This document shows, piece after piece, positions 1 through 7,960 of a stretch of 32,493 nt of DNA. Source of the stretch: a virus (Duplodnaviria > Caudoviricetes); the IMG/VR virus record IMGVR_UViG_3300049733_000162, positions 1-32,493 of that record; one strand, given 5' to 3'. The position numbers and the translations under genes are program-made. How positions within the stretch are numbered: the first letter of the stretch is position 1; each line of letters begins with the position of its first letter. Below the pieces are notes generated by a model. It was not told where the DNA came from. It worked only from the letters and a program-made list of their open reading frames with translations, and did not search any database.

Positions 1-49
1 ATCTCTCGAATCACCCGCACGACGCGAGCCTGGCGCTGGCGGAGTTCGC

Positions 50-256
50 TCATCGCCAATCCTCCGCCAGAATGCGATGGTGCTCTTTCAGCTCAAAGCT
101 CTGCGGTTCACCCCCATTGAAATTGATCAGCACCTGGCCCACGACGCCGCGCATCATCGTCTCGGCCAGACATCGCTTGACCTTTGATGGCAAGTGCTGG
201 ATCAGGTACTCGTCAATCGTCGCGCCCATCTGTGGCAAGCGGCCAGGGTCGCTCAT
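50..256 (-). CDS. hypothetical phage protein
   Basis: 68-aa ORF coupled by ATGA overlaps to the upstream gene and to a partial gene starting at 53 that runs off the window. Confidence 0.6.
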   Translation of the reverse strand: MSDPGRLPQMGATIDEYLIQHLPSKVKRCLAETMMRGVVGQVLINFNGGEPQSFELKEHHRILAEDWR

Positions 257-510
257 CCGCGCCGTGCCTCCTCAATGTCCTGTTGCCCCAAGCGTATCAG
301 CCGATCCAGCTCCCTGGGTAGCTCATCCAACACCGCCAGCATGGCAATCCCTGAGCGCATAAGGCCCTCGGTCAACGTCTCGTTGCGGTGATGTAGCACA
401 AGATTGGCAATAGCCTTCTCACGCAATTTGTTGAGCTGTGGTCGTAGGCGCCCCAGCACATACGCCGCCTCTTGCCCCTCGTGGTGATAGTCCTTATCCA
501 GGTCCAGCAT
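253..510 (-). CDS. hypothetical helical protein (post-portal)
   Basis: ATG at 510 overlaps the TGA of 510..731 (TGATG); MLDLDKDYHHEGQEAAY... Confidence 0.65.
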   Translation of the reverse strand: MLDLDKDYHHEGQEAAYVLGRLRPQLNKLREKAIANLVLHHRNETLTEGLMRSGIAMLAVLDELPRELDRLIRLGQQDIEEARRG

Positions 511-731
511 CAGAGGCTCACCTTCACGCCGTTGGGCGTGAATAGGACCGGGCTGCGCCCTTCGGCCTTGCGCAAATCCTCGATCATCATGGCCTGCAGG
601 CGAATGACGTTGGTCAGGGCTTTGATGGTGAAAAACCATCTCTGATTAGGATCTTCTACACCGTTTCGACCATAATTATTTTCCCACCAAGTCACAAGGT
701 CAGAATATGCATCTTCCGTTCTCTTTGACAT
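510..731 (-). CDS. hypothetical protein with an AT-rich, apparently replaced 5' half
   Basis: 73-aa ORF; roughly the first 32 codons are A/T-ending, the rest G/C-ending. Confidence 0.65.
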   Translation of the reverse strand: MSKRTEDAYSDLVTWWENNYGRNGVEDPNQRWFFTIKALTNVIRLQAMMIEDLRKAEGRSPVLFTPNGVKVSL

Positions 732-732
732 G

Positions 733-741
733 TGGTATACT
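733..741 (+). promoter_or_regulatory. extended -10 promoter for the HNH gene
   Basis: TG-G-TATACT; predicted +1 near 748 coincides with the start of the leader stem. Confidence 0.6.
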
Positions 742-747
742 ATACCT

Positions 748-839
748 CGCGGCTAGAGGGACGCCTCGAACCTCCGATGCCTTGATCGGACCGCCGCGCA
801 CTCATCAAGGCTCTACGCAACCAACAAGGAGGTTGCATC
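748..839 (+). ncRNA. structured 5' leader RNA (three-way junction plus RBS hairpin), copy A
   Basis: CGCGGC 748-753/GCCGCG 793-798; GAGG/CCTC; TCCGAT/ATCGGA; GCAACC/GGTTGC covering GGAGG; same architecture at 23698-23783. Confidence 0.55.
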
Positions 840-1388
840 ATGGCTACCTATACTTGCCCTTACTGCAATAAACCATTTTACGACAAACCGAGCAACCGAC
901 GAAAATTCTGCTCTCGATCTTGCCAGTATGCTAGTCGCCCAAAAGTTCCACCAGAAACTCGATTTTGGGCACTCGTCGATCAGTCCGACGGCGAAGATGC
1001 ATGCTGGCCCTGGCTTGGATTTCGAGATGCCAAGGGCTACGGTAGCTTTATGATTGGTCGTGGCATTCGTGCTAGGGCACATCGCTTTGCTTATGAATCT
1101 CATTATGGCGTACTTTTGCCTGAATTGCTCGTTTGTCATCGATGCGATAATCCGCCTTGCTGCAACCCGAAACATCTGTTTATTGGTACGGCTGCTGCGA
1201 ACACGGCCGACATGATGAAAAAATCCAGGCATCGTAGCACCAAGATGACGTCGTCACAAGTTCAAGAAGTCATGAACCTGAAAGGTATTGAGTCTTCGTA
1301 TTCCCTTGCGCAACGTTTTCATGTTACTCAGGGCAATATTATATTCATCTGGCAAGGAAAAACGTGGCGCAATCTAACATCTTCGTAG
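840..1388 (+). CDS. free-standing HNH homing endonuclease with N-terminal Zn finger
   Basis: CPYC...FCSRSC; AHRFAYE...[28 protein letters not shown]; AAGGAGG RBS; lower GC than flanks; antisense to the operon. Confidence 0.9.
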   Translation: MATYTCPYCNKPFYDKPSNRRKFCSRSCQYASRPKVPPETRFWALVDQSDGEDACWPWLGFRDAKGYGSFMIGRGIRARAHRFAYESHYGVLLPELLVCHRCDNPPCCNPKHLFIGTAAANTADMMKKSRHRSTKMTSSQVQEVMNLKGIESSYSLAQRFHVTQGNIIFIWQGKTWRNLTSS

Positions 1389-1407
1389 ACTGGTGCGGCT
1401 CGTGAAT

Positions 1408-1599
1408 TCATGCCTGATCCTCATCGTTCAATGCCCGCAGCGCCTCTTGTAGCGCTGGCGTATAATCGCCTACGTCGAAGTCGTCAAGGTCGTACCGGCG
1501 CTCTTTGCCGATTGAGCCGTGCAGAATCTCCGGCAAGGTGTCTATAAGGTCGTCAAACTTCTGGCGTTCCTGTGCGGCCTCGGCTGATAGGTCGTTCAT
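1408..1599 (-). CDS. small acidic hypothetical protein
   Basis: ORF coupled to neighbours downstream of the portal. Confidence 0.55.
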   Translation of the reverse strand: MNDLSAEAAQERQKFDDLIDTLPEILHGSIGKERRYDLDDFDVGDYTPALQEALRALNDEDQA

Positions 1600-1787
1600 C
1601 AGCGTTTCCTGGCCTTTGCAAAGGCAATGGCCCGCAACATGGCCTCTTTCTTCTGGCCCTTCACCTTGGCCCGCGTAACCGTGCTCGGGATGTTGCGATG
1701 GACCTCAGCCATCGCCGCTTCTACCTTCGATCGACTAGGCTGACTGTGCCACTTGTGCCGTGGTGTATGCTTGGGTGCCTTCATCAC
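1599..1787 (-). CDS. small basic hypothetical protein
   Basis: 62 aa, K/R-rich, overlaps the portal stop. Confidence 0.55.
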   Translation of the reverse strand: MMKAPKHTPRHKWHSQPSRSKVEAAMAEVHRNIPSTVTRAKVKGQKKEAMLRAIAFAKARKR

Positions 1788-3727
1788 ATCCCCCCCGCAA
1801 TCGGCATGCGTTCAAGGGGTAGGTTGCCCGGCACCTCAGCCGGCATCTGTGGGCCTGTAGGTCCGCCCCCCTGGCCGCCCTGCTGCTGCATCAGCATCTG
1901 CTGCATCTGGCCCATCTGGGCCTGTTCTTGTGGGTCTGGCTCCAGCGTGGATGGATCGAGGTTGACGCTCTTGAACAAGTGATTCCAGATTTTTGTCGGG
2001 CTGAACCGCTGCCAAAAGGTGAGGCCCATGACCGGATTGCTCCCCGCCAGTTGCAAAATGGCCATGAGCTTCTGGAAGTCCCGCACCCGCGCCACAATAG
2101 CCGATAGGCCGGTGACTTTGAATTGACACCCGGCGAGCTGGGCATAGCGCTCAGCCGGACTGAGCATGGCGAGGCGTAGTGCGGCCTCTTCCCCTACCGC
2201 GGACACGACTTCTTCGGCGTCGGCATCGTCCATAAATTGCATCAGGTTCGACCACATGAGCGAGAGGGCTTGGCTGATCGTCTTTTCGGTGTCTTTGATC
2301 ATCCCATCGAAGAAGTTGGCACTCTGCGCTTGCGCTTCCACCACGGCGGTCGCCGTCGTCTCCCCGCCCGGCGTCTGCCCCATGCGGGTCGCATTCACCT
2401 GTGTGGCAATCTGAAACTCCTGATCGGTGAGCTGAAACGCGGCCAGCGCTTCTGGGGGCACTTTGCCCGTCACCACTTGCTCTACCACCTTGAGCCCCGG
2501 AGGCGCCCCCTCTTTGATAATCAGCGTATCGCCCTGTACAATGCCGTCTTTCACCTGTCGTGGATCGTCCAGGTACTCGGGATAGAGTTGCTTGACGCCC
2601 CACACGGAGGCAATGCCACCGTCCAGGATCAGGTTATACAGCTCGTCCTCAGCCTTATTCAGCGCGACGGCATGATCAAAGAGTGCCTTGTGCCACGTAC
2701 TGAACGGCACACGCAGCAAGGGACGGCTAGCAAAGGGGTGCTTACCATGCCAATAGGGGTTGGGCTCTGGGGGCCTGATCAGATACTTGTTGTTGGCCAT
2801 GGCGCACACGATATTCCGCTCGGCATACCGCCCGCGGTCATCAAGAATATCCCCCCAGCACTCCAGAATGACCACCCGCCGCCGAAAGTCTGGCGGGGTC
2901 GCATCGGTTCGATCCCGCGAGCGCTCATCGGTGCGATAGGCTCTATCCTCCTCCTGGGCGTAGTCCTCTTCGATCTGATCGACCATCGCCTGATCATACA
3001 CGCCCGCGTCGGCCATGGCCTGCACCTGGGCCAAGTCGCGCTCAACTTCGTGCATCTCGTACAGCTTGCGCCCGGTGGGATCGGGTAAGTAGTCCTCGGG
3101 CGCCACGAGATCAATCACCGATTGCCAATAGTCCACCTGCCGTCGCACGAGGTTCGACACAATCTGCGGTACCACGGAGCCATCAGGCGCGGGAATATAC
3201 TGAATCCCCCGCTCGGCTCGAAACACGTCTTTAGTGGCGTCCCGCCCATGGATTTTAAGAATCATGAGGCTACCCATGAGCGCCACGGTGATGAGATCCG
3301 CCACGAGCGCCGGGAAATCCTCATCCGGCACACTGCCGCTCGTGCTGGCGCTATCTAGGGCATATTGCAGCAGCTTCCGGGCTTGCTCATCGCTCAAGAC
3401 ATCCTCTTGCTTCAGATCCGTGGTAAACCAATCGCCAAAGTCGGTCAATCCCCGCTCGATGAAGGCGCTAATCTGCTCTTTGGCCATCGCCACTTTGGGC
3501 AAATGTTCGCGGCTCTGGCCCTTCTGCTTGTGCGACCAGTCCATGACCCCCATGAACATATCCCAATTGGCCTTGGTGAGGCGTAGGCGCTCTTCGCGGG
3601 CCTTGTGCGCCTCGGCTCGGTACGCTCGTAGCGCGGCCATGACGGTCAGGCTGGCGCCTTGAACCACCGGGGGGTCAGCGGTGATTGGTGTGGCTTGTGG
3701 GCCTGTTCGTCGTCTAGCTTGCGCCAT
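1784..3727 (-). CDS. portal protein (P22/podovirus-like)
   Basis: 647 aa; NPYWHGKHPF, ETTATAV and Q/P/G-rich C-terminal tail typical of P22-like portals; downstream of TerL. Confidence 0.8.
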   Translation of the reverse strand: MAQARRRTGPQATPITADPPVVQGASLTVMAALRAYRAEAHKAREERLRLTKANWDMFMGVMDWSHKQKGQSREHLPKVAMAKEQISAFIERGLTDFGDWFTTDLKQEDVLSDEQARKLLQYALDSASTSGSVPDEDFPALVADLITVALMGSLMILKIHGRDATKDVFRAERGIQYIPAPDGSVVPQIVSNLVRRQVDYWQSVIDLVAPEDYLPDPTGRKLYEMHEVERDLAQVQAMADAGVYDQAMVDQIEEDYAQEEDRAYRTDERSRDRTDATPPDFRRRVVILECWGDILDDRGRYAERNIVCAMANNKYLIRPPEPNPYWHGKHPFASRPLLRVPFSTWHKALFDHAVALNKAEDELYNLILDGGIASVWGVKQLYPEYLDDPRQVKDGIVQGDTLIIKEGAPPGLKVVEQVVTGKVPPEALAAFQLTDQEFQIATQVNATRMGQTPGGETTATAVVEAQAQSANFFDGMIKDTEKTISQALSLMWSNLMQFMDDADAEEVVSAVGEEAALRLAMLSPAERYAQLAGCQFKVTGLSAIVARVRDFQKLMAILQLAGSNPVMGLTFWQRFSPTKIWNHLFKSVNLDPSTLEPDPQEQAQMGQMQQMLMQQQGGQGGGPTGPQMPAEVPGNLPLERMPIAGGM

Positions 3728-3992
3728 ACCGTGCCCCTGGTATCCGTACCGGCCCTGATTCGGCTTTCTGTAGACACTCGCTGCACAGCCCGATTGTGAC
3801 GGTAGCCCGGCTCAACACCAGCCCACAGTGCCGACAGTCGGCGTCCCACTGGTAGGGCACCATCGGTTCATACACCCCGACGGGCGAGGCCGGTGGCTCG
3901 GGCTCAATGACTGGCCTTGGCGCCTTGGCGCGTCCAGTAGGGGCGACTCTGCCGCCGCCGCGGGCGTTGCTCTTCTTCGCTGGTGCCTTCAT
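3714..3992 (-). CDS. hypothetical protein with CxxC...CxxC
   Basis: CRHCG...CSEC; overlaps the portal start. Confidence 0.45.
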   Translation of the reverse strand: MKAPAKKSNARGGGRVAPTGRAKAPRPVIEPEPPASPVGVYEPMVPYQWDADCRHCGLVLSRATVTIGLCSECLQKAESGPVRIPGARYGAS

Positions 3993-5163
3993 GTCGCATC
4001 CCGATGAGAGCCATCCGTCGATATCGTGACCCGGTGCCTCCCATGCCCCCCTGGATGATCATCCCACCACTGACGGTCATCGGCTGCGCCAGATCAGTCT
4101 CTAGCGCCTGACTGACCAAGCGCCGCTTGGGTGCCCAGGCAATAGGACGGGCCAGATCAGTCTCGACCACTTGCCCGACGGCCTTGAGCTTGCGCTTCGT
4201 GAGCGCTTGTGCAAGGTCCGTCTCGCTCACCTGCCCGACGGCCTTGAGCTTGCGGCTGGTCAGGGCTTGGGCGCTATCCGTCTCGAGGGCTTGCCCAATC
4301 AGGATCGCATGTTGCGCTCGGATGGCTTGGGCGAGATCGGTTTCGGTCGCCTGCCCCAGCGTCCGGCGTTTCTGGCCTGTCAGCGCTTGCGCACTGTCGG
4401 TCTCCGTCGTCTGCCCCAGCGTAATACGATGCTGCGCCGTGATCGCTTGGGCGAGGTCGGTTTCCAGCGCTTGCCCGACGGCCTCCACCATCTGCTGACC
4501 AAGGGCTTGCGCGGTATCGGTCTCTTCGGCCTGGCCCAACGTGCGACGTTTGGCCGTGGTGAGCGTTGAGGCACTATCGGCCTCGGTGGCTTGTCCAACC
4601 AGACGGAGCTTGCGAACCGTCAGCGCTTGAGCACTGTCCGTCTCGGTGGCCTGCCCCACGAGGCGCCTGATCGCCCAGGTGATGGCTTGCGCGGCGTCGG
4701 CCTCGGCGGACTGCCCTACGGCAATAAACTGCTTGCCAACCAATGCCTGTGCGGTGTCGGCTTCGAGCGCTTGCCCAACCGTCTGCTGCTTGCGGCGTGT
4801 GAGCGCCTGCGCCAGATCGGTCTCCGTGGCTTGTGCCACCGCCAGGAGCTTCCGTCTGGTAAGGCCCTGGCTGCTGTCCGTTTCCGTCGCTTGGTTGACC
4901 GTCGCCCGCTTGAGGGACGTCAGCGCTTGCGCCGCGTCAGTTTCCAGCGCCTGACTGACCGTGACGAGCTTACGGACGCTGATGGCTTGGGCTAGCGTCG
5001 TTTCCGTGGCTTGCCCGATTAGACGATCTTTCGGCGCCCAGGCGATCGTCTGCGCGGTATCGGTCTCGACCACTTGCCCGACGGCAATTGTCTGCGGGCC
5101 AGCGGTTTTGACTCGCGCCAGGAGACGTGACCGAAAAGGAAAACTGCGCCCAAAAATCGGCAT
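3904..5163 (-). CDS. tandem-repeat virion/fibre-like protein
   Basis: 17 copies of a ~20-aa unit VGQAxETDxAQALTxxKxxx. Confidence 0.75.
   Translation of the reverse strand: MPIFGRSFPFRSRLLARVKTAGPQTIAVGQVVETDTAQTIAWAPKDRLIGQATETTLAQAISVRKLVTVSQALETDAAQALTSLKRATVNQATETDSSQGLTRRKLLAVAQATETDLAQALTRRKQQTVGQALEADTAQALVGKQFIAVGQSAEADAAQAITWAIRRLVGQATETDSAQALTVRKLRLVGQATEADSASTLTTAKRRTLGQAEETDTAQALGQQMVEAVGQALETDLAQAITAQHRITLGQTTETDSAQALTGQKRRTLGQATETDLAQAIRAQHAILIGQALETDSAQALTSRKLKAVGQVSETDLAQALTKRKLKAVGQVVETDLARPIAWAPKRRLVSQALETDLAQPMTVSGGMIIQGGMGGTGSRYRRMALIGMRHEGTSEEEQRPRRRQSRPYWTRQGAKASH
4075..5083 (-). repeat. 60-bp degenerate coding tandem repeat
   Basis: 60-nt periodicity visible line to line; encodes the 20-aa repeat. 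Confidence 0.85.
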
Positions 5164-5173
5164 ACGTTATGCC

Positions 5174-5647
5174 CTATGACGCCCGGAAAAATCCAGCAGT
5201 CGCTATCTGGGCTACAATATCGCTGCCATCCGGAGTCACGACGAAATCATGCGCTGTCAACGGGATAATCGCGCTATCCGCCCCGCCCGTGCTATCGGGG
5301 TCATAACACACTAGGAGTTTACTCCAGCCATCACCCGCCGCCACCGCCGTCCAGGTCTGATCGGCAATATCCACGTCTACACGATCGTTGGTGTCATCCA
5401 CGGTCACGGTAATGCCGGCCGTGTTATCCAAGACCTTCCGCGCATAGCCCGAGTTGGTGACTTCGTTCGTCGTCCCAGCCACCACAGCCGCGAGGTCGTT
5501 CATGTCGATCAAGGTCGCGTCGGATTCGAGCCCGGAGGTCGCTAACACGACGATCACAAACACGCTATTGGTCGGGTCGTTCGCATTCACGCGGGCCGCG
5601 TATTCGGCCACTTTTCCTTTGGCTACATTGAAAACGAAATTAGCAAT
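5174..5647 (-). CDS. probable minor virion protein; likely ATT start
   Basis: GGAGGT-N5-ATT GCT AAT TTC gives (M)ANFVFNVAKGKVAEY in frame with ORF 5174..5611; beta-rich, GYARK and VTPDGSDI motifs. Confidence 0.7.
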   Translation of the reverse strand: MANFVFNVAKGKVAEYAARVNANDPTNSVFVIVVLATSGLESDATLIDMNDLAAVVAGTTNEVTNSGYARKVLDNTAGITVTVDDTNDRVDVDIADQTWTAVAAGDGWSKLLVCYDPDSTGGADSAIIPLTAHDFVVTPDGSDIVAQIATAGFFRAS

Positions 5648-5681
5648 GGCACACCTCCATTCAATATACTAGAGTGCATCC

Positions 5682-6146
5682 TTAGCCCTCTTCGAATTCT
5701 AAATACGCCTGAACATTCACCGTCGCCGGTGCTGTGCACCGAATCAGCAACGCATCAGCCGTCACGGTCTGCTCAGGCTCCCGACCCAGCGGAAACTGGA
5801 TCACAAATGGCAGCCCGGCCGGATGCACCAGCCAGCGCTTCAGCACGGTAATCGTCGTCGGCTCCGCCGTGAAGTTCCGTGCCCCCGTCGCCTGCACGGT
5901 GCGGGTGGGGCCCCGAAGTTGGACGATGGTATGCGCCGTACTCGTCCCGGCACCCGCCTGGGTACAGGAGCACAGCTCAACCGTGACCGGCTCCGCCGTG
6001 ACGCTGGTGCCATCGAAGCTCGCGCCCAGCTCAACGATGCGAATCAGCGAGTTCGCGGCGTTGATTACACTCACCACCGTTTTGGCGGTGGCTGCTGTCA
6101 GCGCGATATCGCCATTCGACTCGACGGTATAGCCTGGACTGCTCAT
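5682..6146 (-). CDS. beta-rich putative virion protein
   Basis: 154 aa, T/V/A-rich, in the late operon. Confidence 0.65.
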   Translation of the reverse strand: MSSPGYTVESNGDIALTAATAKTVVSVINAANSLIRIVELGASFDGTSVTAEPVTVELCSCTQAGAGTSTAHTIVQLRGPTRTVQATGARNFTAEPTTITVLKRWLVHPAGLPFVIQFPLGREPEQTVTADALLIRCTAPATVNVQAYLEFEEG

Positions 6147-6154
6147 CGCATCCC

Positions 6155-6868
6155 CTAGAAATATGCTGCACGCATCATGGGTACTGGCACCCGTAAGGCT
6201 GAGGGTAATTTCTCGGCGGCGGCGGCTGCCCCCTTGAAGCTAGCCAAGCACGCAAACCAACTCCGACTTGCACCCAGGGTAAAATTGACCACTTGGCTCG
6301 TAGTAGCTGCGACAATTTTGTACTGGCTGCTATACGTCTGGCCGTTGTCGTTGTCCTCGTTTTCGCTGATCTCTGTATAACTATCTGCCGTATCCACCGC
6401 CCAGGTCGTATCATTGCCGGTATGCGAGCCCATGGCAATCACGACTTCATCGGCTTGTGCCAACGTGCCACTGGTGACTGAAGGGCCACTGGACGAGCCG
6501 CTATTCGTCACATTGGCATCAAGCCCTGCAGCGGTAGCAGCAGAAGAAAACTCCAAAATATCCCCTTCAAGTTGACCATCGAGGCTTCCTGCGCTCCACG
6601 TATATGTTAGTGTTGTATTACCACTCGCAACATTCAAGGCATAAATAATGGCAATATGACTATTTGCATCACCATTAGCAATAACCGCTTGCTGCCAACT
6701 ATTACTAGGACTACTTGTAATCGTAATTGTACGCCCTTGGCCATGATAATACGCTATCGGTGCCACCAACAAACTACCCGCCGCGACGCCATTGATTAGT
6801 TGCGTAGTCGTATTGGGAAACGTCGTCCGCGTCTTATGCACAATCGCTTGCGCAAGCGTGATCGCCAC
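6155..6868 (-). CDS. beta-rich putative virion/receptor-binding protein
   Basis: 237 aa, S/T/A-rich, two similar beta-rich halves. Confidence 0.65.
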   Translation of the reverse strand: MAITLAQAIVHKTRTTFPNTTTQLINGVAAGSLLVAPIAYYHGQGRTITITSSPSNSWQQAVIANGDANSHIAIIYALNVASGNTTLTYTWSAGSLDGQLEGDILEFSSAATAAGLDANVTNSGSSSGPSVTSGTLAQADEVVIAMGSHTGNDTTWAVDTADSYTEISENEDNDNGQTYSSQYKIVAATTSQVVNFTLGASRSWFACLASFKGAAAAAEKLPSALRVPVPMMRAAYF

Positions 6869-6871
6869 ACG

Positions 6872-7165
6872 CTAGCCCACCTGATCAATGAGCGTGAGTG
6901 CATCGGCACTTTGAATGACACCCTTGATCGCGCCCAGTGTGCCAGCGATGAGGTTGTAACAATCATCCCCAGTACCCGCGCTAAGGCCAAAGAGCGTTTC
7001 TACACCACCATAGTTCGTATCGTTGATATTATGTTCCATAATGCCCTTGATCTTTTCAGCCTCGTCAATCACATTGCGCAAGTGATCGACAAAGCGCTTG
7101 AGATCGCCCGCAAATTTATGCGTGAGCGGTGCTGATTCGTTGATCGTGATAAAGTCTTGTGCCAT
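6872..7165 (-). CDS. hypothetical protein
   Basis: GAGGT RBS then MAQDFITINE. Confidence 0.6.
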   Translation of the reverse strand: MAQDFITINESAPLTHKFAGDLKRFVDHLRNVIDEAEKIKGIMEHNINDTNYGGVETLFGLSAGTGDDCYNLIAGTLGAIKGVIQSADALTLIDQVG

Positions 7166-7173
7166 AGCCGTGC

Positions 7174-7413
7174 CTACCTCTGCTTGCGACCTACCTTCGC
7201 CCGGTAGCACTCAAGGCAGATATCTTCTTCCCGTAGCGGGTCGTAACTGTGACTACTCGAAATGTGTCCGCAATCCCGCAGATCTTTGACCCCGCCTTGC
7301 GCTTCCAAGGGTGGCCCCCAATCCACGGTGATCAGCGGATAATGCTCGGCTGGGGGCTCTGGCGTCGTCCAGAGGCGCTGCCAGTAGTCACACAGCCAGG
7401 CCCACGCGCTCAC
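7174..7413 (-). CDS. hypothetical protein with Cys motifs
   Basis: CGH...CLEC; coupled to the upstream gene. Confidence 0.5.
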   Translation of the reverse strand: MSAWAWLCDYWQRLWTTPEPPAEHYPLITVDWGPPLEAQGGVKDLRDCGHISSSHSYDPLREEDICLECYRAKVGRKQR

Positions 7414-7769
7414 ATGACCTCCTGCTTGAACAAGCTCACCTGTACCTCGCCGGTGATACTGCCCACCAGCACGCAGCGTAAGCGTTGATCCTGCGTGACC
7501 TGGATCTTGTTGGGCAGCATCAAATCGTCATTCTTGTTGCTGTCCGTCGCGGCAAACCGCCGCCGCTGGCTCTGCACGGTGGCATCATTGGCCGCATTCC
7601 TGAGCTGCAGGTCGTACACCACAGCCACCGTCGCACTGGCCACCACACCCACGAGGTAATAGCCTCCCCGCAGCGCACTCAATGGCCCCGTGTCGACTAG
7701 CACATCCCCGTTGCTGGGATTGGTGAGCACGTTGCCGGTATGCCATTGCCCGATAAGTGCCGTCGTCAT
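7410..7769 (-). CDS. beta-rich hypothetical (possible virion) protein
   Basis: 119 aa, ATGA-coupled. Confidence 0.6.
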   Translation of the reverse strand: MTTALIGQWHTGNVLTNPSNGDVLVDTGPLSALRGGYYLVGVVASATVAVVYDLQLRNAANDATVQSQRRRFAATDSNKNDDLMLPNKIQVTQDQRLRCVLVGSITGEVQVSLFKQEVM

Positions 7770-7960
7770 GGGCGAGGCTCCGGGAATGGCTTGGGGGTCT
7801 GTCGCACGGTCATGATGCCCTCATGCTCCTCAATCCATTGCATCCACCAGCGGCGAAGGGCTTCACGCCGGGCCAGCCAGGGATCATACTGCATCACGCG
7901 ATAGAGCGCATTCAGCGCGGCGTCATCGATGCCGAGGTGGGTGCAGGTCTCTCGCGTCAT
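7766..7960 (-). CDS. hypothetical protein
   Basis: ATGA overlap with the TerL stop. Confidence 0.5.
   Translation of the reverse strand: MTRETCTHLGIDDAALNALYRVMQYDPWLARREALRRWWMQWIEEHEGIMTVRQTPKPFPEPRP

Noticed and set aside
732-1407. Group I intron around the HNH genes (also 23675-24282)
   Set aside because: Only about 100 non-coding nt, no recognisable P7 core, and the ORFs are antisense to the host gene
2237-3088. 283-aa ORF antisense to the portal (similarly 8734..9327, 29013..29723, 31118..31738)
   Set aside because: GC-rich shadow ORFs with no recognisable domains
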